A stretch of DNA of 56,591 bases, counting the filler, from Nitrospirae bacterium CG2_30_53_67 (lineage in GTDB: Bacteria; CG2-30-53-67): NCBI GenBank assembly GCA_001873285.1. It is 4 parts of 4 records of this genome, joined end to end, with 100 filler letters (N's around TTAATTAATTAA, not from the genome) between each part and the next. Parts side by side here need not be neighbours in the genome. Positions count along the whole stretch, not along the records: positions 40,260 to 56,591 come from MNYV01000073.1; 3 more parts are not named here. One strand, 5' to 3'. This document shows, in pieces, positions 50,800-56,591 of the stretch (within the stretch, counting starts at the first letter, position 1; every line of letters starts with the position of its first letter). Under the pieces are notes generated by a model. It saw nothing but the letters and a program-made list of their open reading frames with translations. It did no database searches and was not told the DNA's origin. The translations under genes were made by a program, and so were the position numbers.

Positions 50800-51024
50800 T
50801 TACAGATTCAGAAATTCATCAACCGTTAATCTCGCCTGTCTCAGGATATGTGAAAGTGTAGAGCGTTTGATTGGACGGTGGGCGGGAACAGTAAGCTTGA
50901 GTACCTCCGTCTGAGTGTGTTTCTGCAGGCGTATGTGGCTGCCTTTCTGCCTGACGACAACCCACCCCCCGCGCCGCAGAGCCTTGATCACTTCTTCATA
51001 GCCGAGGCTCGGGACTTTCGTCAT
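50800..51024 (-). CDS. hicA: HicA toxin
   Basis: GWVVVRQKGSH, LTVPAH, TLSHILRQA. Confidence 0.9.
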   Translation of the reverse strand: MTKVPSLGYEEVIKALRRGGWVVVRQKGSHIRLQKHTQTEVLKLTVPAHRPIKRSTLSHILRQARLTVDEFLNL

Positions 51025-51224
51025 ACCGCTATGTCCAGAAATTCGGCGTCTTGAGCAAAATCAAGATCATCATCAACCGGCTCAAGATACAGTTCTATCG
51101 CCTCCTTTATGTTGGTGAGAGCTTTCTCTCTCGTATCGCCTTCGCTTATACAACCCGGCAGCGCGGGCACGATTACGGTATATCCCCCGTCTTCACTCGG
51201 CTCTAATATAACTCTGATTTTCAT
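51021..51224 (-). CDS. hicB: Short HicB antitoxin
   Basis: EDGGYTVIVPALPGCISEGDT..NIKEAIELYLE; ATGA overlap. Confidence 0.92.
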   Translation of the reverse strand: MKIRVILEPSEDGGYTVIVPALPGCISEGDTREKALTNIKEAIELYLEPVDDDLDFAQDAEFLDIAV

Positions 51225-51389
51225 TTACATAGCCTCCTGATGCTATTAACCCAACCCACTTTGTTCTTACTATATTATCAAACATGAGCCCATGTCAAGA
51301 TGTTCAAACAGCGCGGACCCATTCGTCGAGTCTTTGCCAAAGAGGGGAATTTCTCCCTCTGTGTTTAACGGTCAAGGCGCTTCTTGAAT

Positions 51390-52316
51390 TTAGGTGGCGG
51401 AAGATCGGGCCAGGTTCAAGAGACGGTCCAGGTTTTTCCTGTCCATCTCATCATTTTTCCCTTTGGGGGTCTCGAGGATCTTGGGGACGGTCTTGAAACG
51501 GGGGTCGGTCATGAGGCGGCGGAACGCCGGGAGCCCGATCTCCCCCTCACCGATATGTCCATGGCGGTCCACGCGGCTTTTGAACTCTTTTTGGGAATCA
51601 TTGACGTGGATGCACCGGATCTTCTCAAGGCCGAAGCGCGCGATAAGAGCGCTCATGGTCTCTTCATATCCCTCGTCCGTTCGGATGTCGTAGCCGGCGG
51701 CGAAGATATGGCAGGTATCCACGCAGACCCCCAGCCGTTCGGGTTCAGTTACTGAGGAGATGATCCGTTCGATCTGCTCGAAGGTGTATCCCAGGTTGGT
51801 CCCTTGGCCGGCCGTGGTTTCGAGCAGGATCTTCATGGCAAAGCCGCTCGTCTTTTTATGCAGGTCGTTCAAGGATCGGCTGATCTGCAGCAGGCCCTCT
51901 TTCTCACCGGACCCCATGTGGGCGCCTGGGTGCATGACCAGATAAGGGATGCCTAGCGTCTCGGTCCGCTCCATCTCTTGGAGCAGGGAGTTCCGGGAGG
52001 CCTCGAGTTTCTTGGGGTCCGGGGAGGCGATATTGATGAGGTAAGAATCGTGCACCACCACCGGTGAGATTCCGGTCTGTTTTTCCATGGTTTTGAATGA
52101 GAGGACTTCTTCCTCGGACAGGGGAGGGGCCTTCCATTGTGTTGCGTTCCGGGTGAAAATCTGTATGGTGCGGCAGCCGAGATCACGGCCTCGGCCCAGG
52201 GAGAGGGAGATCCCGCCGGCAATGGACATGTGGGCGCCGATCAGAGGGGCATGCTTCGGGGTTGCCGGCCCCTTTCCCTTTGAGATTTTCTTAGACCTTG
52301 GTGAAGCTGACGCCAT
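51390..52316 (-). CDS. nfo: Endonuclease IV
   Basis: GAHMSIAGG, HDSYLIN, HPG, ETTAGQG, DTCH, HVNDS, DRHGHIG, ILETP. Confidence 0.95.
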   Translation of the reverse strand: MASASPRSKKISKGKGPATPKHAPLIGAHMSIAGGISLSLGRGRDLGCRTIQIFTRNATQWKAPPLSEEEVLSFKTMEKQTGISPVVVHDSYLINIASPDPKKLEASRNSLLQEMERTETLGIPYLVMHPGAHMGSGEKEGLLQISRSLNDLHKKTSGFAMKILLETTAGQGTNLGYTFEQIERIISSVTEPERLGVCVDTCHIFAAGYDIRTDEGYEETMSALIARFGLEKIRCIHVNDSQKEFKSRVDRHGHIGEGEIGLPAFRRLMTDPRFKTVPKILETPKGKNDEMDRKNLDRLLNLARSSAT

Positions 52317-52413
52317 CGGACAAACCTCACAAGTTACGCAAACCGTGTCTGCTGCATTAAAGGAGATCTTACAGGATGATCAGCAGGGTGGCAAGTCCGG
52401 AAACAGCGAGTTT

Positions 52414-53295
52414 CTATTCAAAGAATGGGGCCTGAACCGGAAGTTGTTTGACAACGGACTCGCAGGCGGAGTCGTTGAGCCTGCTCCCCAAGGCAAGGCG
52501 TTTCAGGCTCTTTTTGAGCTTTCCGGCAGATCGGATATTGGCCTTTCCGGTGGGGTCCAGTTTCAGGCATTCGGCGCGCTCAAAGGAGATCAGGAGATCC
52601 AGGATGAGAAGCATGGAGAGGCGGTGATATTTGTTCATGTCTTCCAATCCCAGGCTCCACCGGGAAAAGGAGGTCAGGCCCCGGACGATCTGGCGCCACT
52701 GTTTCAGGCGGTTGATCAGCAGGATGCCGTTGAAGATTCCCTTGTTCACCTCAAAGGGGAAAATCGTCCGTTCCACGATGGTCCGGATCAGCCGGTCGTG
52801 GGTTTTTTGGACCTCTTTGTCTATCTTTTTGAATTCATGCCAGTATTTGCGCCCGATCAGGCTGTCGGCGCGGATCTCCCAGTAGGTATGCCCAAGTGAT
52901 TTTGTGCTGTAGGCGCTGATCATGCGGCTGGGGACAAAAAAGTTGTGGGCCACGGTATCGGCAGCCAAGTGGCAGAGGTAGCCGAAGGCAAAGGCCTTCT
53001 GCGCCGTGCTCTCGGCCTCGGAAAGGATCTTGAAGCCGATTCTCCAGTTGTGGCAATGTTTGCGGTATGGAATATATTTCTTCCCGACCGTGATGTCCGC
53101 GCTGATGCAGCCATACAGGAAATCATAGGGAAATTTAGTAAGGATTGAGGCCACCAGCGGGGAAAGGGCTGAAACATCCTTGAGGATTTCCACGCCGAGA
53201 TAGATATGTGTAGCAGGTCCCCAGGCATAGGCAGGATGAGGGATGAGCAAAAAAAAGACCAAAGTAACTACAAACGTCAATAAAAATGAAAACAT
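52414..53295 (-). CDS. Zinc-dependent phospholipase C family protein
   Basis: AYAWGPATH, GYLCHLAADTVAH, HTYWE. Confidence 0.85.
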   Translation of the reverse strand: MFSFLLTFVVTLVFFLLIPHPAYAWGPATHIYLGVEILKDVSALSPLVASILTKFPYDFLYGCISADITVGKKYIPYRKHCHNWRIGFKILSEAESTAQKAFAFGYLCHLAADTVAHNFFVPSRMISAYSTKSLGHTYWEIRADSLIGRKYWHEFKKIDKEVQKTHDRLIRTIVERTIFPFEVNKGIFNGILLINRLKQWRQIVRGLTSFSRWSLGLEDMNKYHRLSMLLILDLLISFERAECLKLDPTGKANIRSAGKLKKSLKRLALGSRLNDSACESVVKQLPVQAPFFE

Positions 53296-53425
53296 TCTCT
53301 GTATCTATACTTCCGGCATACGCTTTATCAATAAGCGGTTATGGTTCTTTACCCATTTTATTTTATTATAGATTAAAAATATGAAAGGGGTCAAGGATAA
53401 TCTTGGTTGTGAAAAAGAGTACTTA

Positions 53426-53587
53426 GTGGTCCTGTTCGTAAATATGGTAACGTACCGAGAGGGTCGTAGGGCGGGCGCATCAAGGCGCGCGACTGAGGCG
53501 TACCCTTCTGGTACACCGCAAGGAGCGGAACGCCGATGAGCCCGCCCTACGGCACTCGAATGCCACCATATTTACGAATAGGGCCAC
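53426..53587 (+). mobile_element. Family C MITE
   Basis: TIRs with TTA on both flanks (CTTAG context). Confidence 0.9.
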
Positions 53588-53615
53588 TTAGCCTTTCCCC
53601 ATGATGGAATCCGGT

Positions 53616-54965
53616 TTAAAGGATCTTTGCCGCCAGTTCAGCAAGATCCGACCTTTCTCCCTTGAACAGGGTGACATGCCCGGACAGGGGCTCACCCTTG
53701 AACCTCTCCACCACATAGGTCAATCCGTTGCTTGATGAATCCACATAAGGATTATCGATCTGGTAGGGATCTCCGGTCAGAACCACCTTGGTCCCTTGAC
53801 CGGCCCGCGTAATGACGGTCTTGATTTCGTGGGGCGTGAGGTTCTGCGCCTCGTCCACAATCAGGTACTGGTTGGGAAGGCTTCGTCCCCGGATATAGGT
53901 CAGGGCCTCGAGCTGAAGGGTCCCCATTTCCTGAAGTTCCTTGAGGTTTCTCTTGATCTCCTCGGGCCCTCCGGATGAGCCGAGCAGAAATTCCATGTTG
54001 TCGAAGATCGGCTGCATCCAGGGGAGAAGCTTTTCCTCAATGTCCCCCGGGAGGTAACCCAGATCCTTGCCCATGGGGAGGATGGGGCGGCAGGCCACCA
54101 GCCGTTTGTACAGCCCCTGCTCGGCAGTCTGTTCCAGGCCGGCTGCCAGGGCGAGGAGGGTCTTACCTGTTCCGGCAATCCCCACAAGGGTGACCACCTT
54201 CACCTTCTGATCCATCAGAAGTTCCATGGCATACTGCTGTTCTTTGTTCAATGGACGTATCCCCCATACGCCCGCGCTGAAATCCTTGAGGGGGGAAATG
54301 ACCTTGTTGTCTGCATGATAACGGGCCAGGGCTGAGTGTGAGCGGGAAGACAAATCCACAAGATGGATGAATTGGTTGGGCGCGAGTCCATCGGTTTCCC
54401 AGGGGAGTCCTTTTTGCCGGTAGAATTTGTCGATCATCTCTGACGAGACATCCTTGGTCGTGACGCCCGTATAAAGTTCGCTGATTTCCACCTTGTTGGT
54501 GGTGTAGTCCTCGGCCTGGATGCCGAAGGCATTCCCCTTGATCCTCATGTTGGTATCCTTGGTGACCAGGATCACCTCCTGCTTGGGGTTGGTCTGCTTG
54601 AGCGCCATGGCCACGGAGAGAATCCGGTTGTCCGCCTTGGAGATGTGGAGTTCAGGAGGGAGGAGATCAAAGACCTTTTTTTCCACAAAGACTCTGAGGG
54701 CGCCTCCGTTTTTCAACTGGACACCCTGGGAGAGGCCTTTTTGTTTTCGGAGTTCATCCAATCTCCTGGAAACCAGCCGTGCGTTCCTGCCGGTCTCGTT
54801 CAGGTCCTTCTTGAAACGGTCCATCTCCTCGATCACCACCACAGGGATGACCACGTCATTTTCCTTAAAGGAGAAGAGCGAATCCGGGTCGTAAAGAAGG
54901 ACATTGGTGTCCAGGACGTAGATTTTCTTTAAATGATTCTGTTTACTACCTTCTTCATCTCCCAT
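53616..54965 (-). CDS. PIN-PhoH ATPase (PhoH2)
   Basis: VLDTNVLL PIN, GIAGTGKT, LGYLPG, IRGRS, DEAQN. Confidence 0.94.
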   Translation of the reverse strand: MGDEEGSKQNHLKKIYVLDTNVLLYDPDSLFSFKENDVVIPVVVIEEMDRFKKDLNETGRNARLVSRRLDELRKQKGLSQGVQLKNGGALRVFVEKKVFDLLPPELHISKADNRILSVAMALKQTNPKQEVILVTKDTNMRIKGNAFGIQAEDYTTNKVEISELYTGVTTKDVSSEMIDKFYRQKGLPWETDGLAPNQFIHLVDLSSRSHSALARYHADNKVISPLKDFSAGVWGIRPLNKEQQYAMELLMDQKVKVVTLVGIAGTGKTLLALAAGLEQTAEQGLYKRLVACRPILPMGKDLGYLPGDIEEKLLPWMQPIFDNMEFLLGSSGGPEEIKRNLKELQEMGTLQLEALTYIRGRSLPNQYLIVDEAQNLTPHEIKTVITRAGQGTKVVLTGDPYQIDNPYVDSSSNGLTYVVERFKGEPLSGHVTLFKGERSDLAELAAKIL

Positions 54966-55165
54966 GGGCAGATCTCCGCTGAACGTTCATAAAGTTAATG
55001 AACCCTTGAACCCTTATTTGAAGTATAACACAGAATTTCCGGTATTTGAAACCGTTTAAAAAACAGGGGGATCATCCTGGGCCTCTTGCGGAAAGTACAT
55101 ATATTGATTGACTTTTGCGGCCAAATATCCTATTTTCCATTGGTTAACTTACAAAGGGGTCTGAT

Positions 55166-56591
55166 ATGTCTTTACTGAAGAAGGGTTTTTCAGGGGTCAT
55201 GCGGGTCTTGATCCTGTTTTGTCTGGGATTCAGCCTGAGACCGGCACAGGTTTTAGCCGCTGATTATGCGTTTGTCTCTCCGGTTTTCTATACCTATGAC
55301 TATATCAGCGCCTCCACCGGGGGTGCCCGGCTCGACCTCGGGGCCGATGCGGTGAGTGCGGCGGTCGACCTCGGGTTTACCTTCAATTTTTACAATAACG
55401 CTTACACGCAGATCATCGTGGGCGCGAATGGCGTGATCGGTTTCCCGAACGACACCAGCGGCCTTGAGACAACCCTGCGCCTTCCATCCATACCGGACGC
55501 GGCCGCTCCCAATGCGGTTATCGCCCCGCTCTCTTCAAACCTGGACCCCTCCAAGGGGGGAAGCATCTATACCCTAACCGGGGGGGTGGAGGGGAGCCGC
55601 TATTTTGTGGCGGAGTGGATCGGCGTGCCGGTGGAGGGAAAAGGGGGCGCCCGGACCTTTGAGGTGATCCTTTATGAAAACAACAGCGACATCCTGTTCC
55701 AATACAAGGAGCTCCGAGGCGGTGAGGTCATCGATTTGACAACCGCCACTGTGGGGATTGAGAACCAGGACGGGTCATCGGGGCTCACCCTTGATCCATC
55801 CGAACTCCAGGAAGGAAAATCGGTCCTCTTCTCGATCTCCGACCCGGACGCTGACGGCGATGGGATGATCGACCGTTTCGAGACCTTTTACGGCCTGGAC
55901 CCGGTCACAGACGACGGCGCCTCCGACAAGGATGGGGACGGGCTCTCCAATCTGGCCGAATTCAATGCAGGGACCAATCCCACGAACACGGATACGGACG
56001 GGGACGGGATCCTGGACGGCAAGGATATTGACCCCAAGGATATGGATGCCGACAAGGACGGCATCCGGGATGACAAAGAGGATCTCAACAAAGACGGGGT
56101 GCTGGATGCCGGCGAGACCGATCCTTCACTGGTGGATACGGACGGCGACGGATACAACGATGCCGTAGAGATCACCTACCAGGCGGATCCCCGAGACGCC
56201 TCTTCGGCGCCGAATCTTTCCGGTTACATCAAGGTGACCGGTTCGATACAGGCCGCAATTGATGCGGCCTCTTCCGGCGCCCTCCTTTATATTCCTTCCG
56301 GAACCTACACTGAAGATCTGGTCATGAACAAGACCATCACCCTGATCGGGGCGGATCCGGGCAGCACCTTCCTCAAGGGCGGGATCACCATCACCGGCGC
56401 GGACGGGGTCGTCCTCACGGGGTTCACGATTCAGACACAGAATACGGATCCGGCTGTGAAAATTACAGGAGATGCCGCCTCGGCCACTGGTGCATACCTG
56501 GTGAACGTGACTCTGAAAGACTGTATCAACGGGATCCTGATCTCTGACACAGCGGGCTCCGGCGGAGCCTCGGGCGCCGAGACGGGGGCGA
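55166..56591 (+). CDS. Large secreted protein (NIDO-like domain, DxDGDG Ca-binding repeats, beta-helix start), runs off window
   Basis: Not in ORF track; ATG 55166 open to end; signal peptide, LGFTFNFY, IAPL, TFEVILYE, several DxDxDG repeats, SIQAAIDAA..GTYTE. Confidence 0.85.
   Translation, partial: MSLLKKGFSGVMRVLILFCLGFSLRPAQVLAADYAFVSPVFYTYDYISASTGGARLDLGADAVSAAVDLGFTFNFYNNAYTQIIVGANGVIGFPNDTSGLETTLRLPSIPDAAAPNAVIAPLSSNLDPSKGGSIYTLTGGVEGSRYFVAEWIGVPVEGKGGARTFEVILYENNSDILFQYKELRGGEVIDLTTATVGIENQDGSSGLTLDPSELQEGKSVLFSISDPDADGDGMIDRFETFYGLDPVTDDGASDKDGDGLSNLAEFNAGTNPTNTDTDGDGILDGKDIDPKDMDADKDGIRDDKEDLNKDGVLDAGETDPSLVDTDGDGYNDAVEITYQADPRDASSAPNLSGYIKVTGSIQAAIDAASSGALLYIPSGTYTEDLVMNKTITLIGADPGSTFLKGGITITGADGVVLTGFTIQTQNTDPAVKITGDAASATGAYLVNVTLKDCINGILISDTAGSGGASGAETGA

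Noticed and set aside
26722..53587. CRISPR array or integron attC array from recurring palindromes
   Set aside because: Copies are dispersed singly, with no regular repeat-spacer period, cas genes or integrase

Overview
Four unrelated contigs (1-10603, 10704-20926, 21027-40159, 40260-56591) joined by artificial 100-bp N/TTAATTAATTAA linkers, apparently from a draft or metagenome-assembled genome of a GC-rich anaerobe (delta-proteobacterial/Nitrospirota-like gene content; inference). Contig 1: end of a four-helix-bundle gene, a triheme cytochrome / sigma54 regulator / heptaheme-cytochrome b (CbcL-like) cluster with a convergent histidine kinase, glycogen debranching enzyme, DUF547, REC-GAF regulator, cut tRNA-Arg. 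Contig 2: GGDEF/HD-GYP protein, fabF, c554-type cytochrome, tandem moeA genes, RACo-like ATPase. Contig 3: S74 chaperone tail, DUF433/DUF5615 TA pair, psd and a complete S10-spc-alpha ribosomal superoperon back to tuf. Contig 4: orphan nuoI, RelE TA, dehydratase subunit, tRNA-Met, broken DUF4338-IS4 transposase, pncA/pncB, hicBA, nfo, PhoH2 and a large secreted protein. The most unusual signal is intergenic: at least five families of small structured elements. One is an inverted-repeat/octamer-array cassette whose gene-bearing form carries the four-helix-bundle gene; another is a ~162-bp covarying hairpin element whose core is shared with an element that has different ends. They nest in each other and occupy five spacers of the ribosomal operon, and one appears to supply the rpmC Shine-Dalgarno. 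Separately, pncB has no canonical start codon and is in frame with the pncA TGA. All family assignments are by eye from motifs, not database searches.
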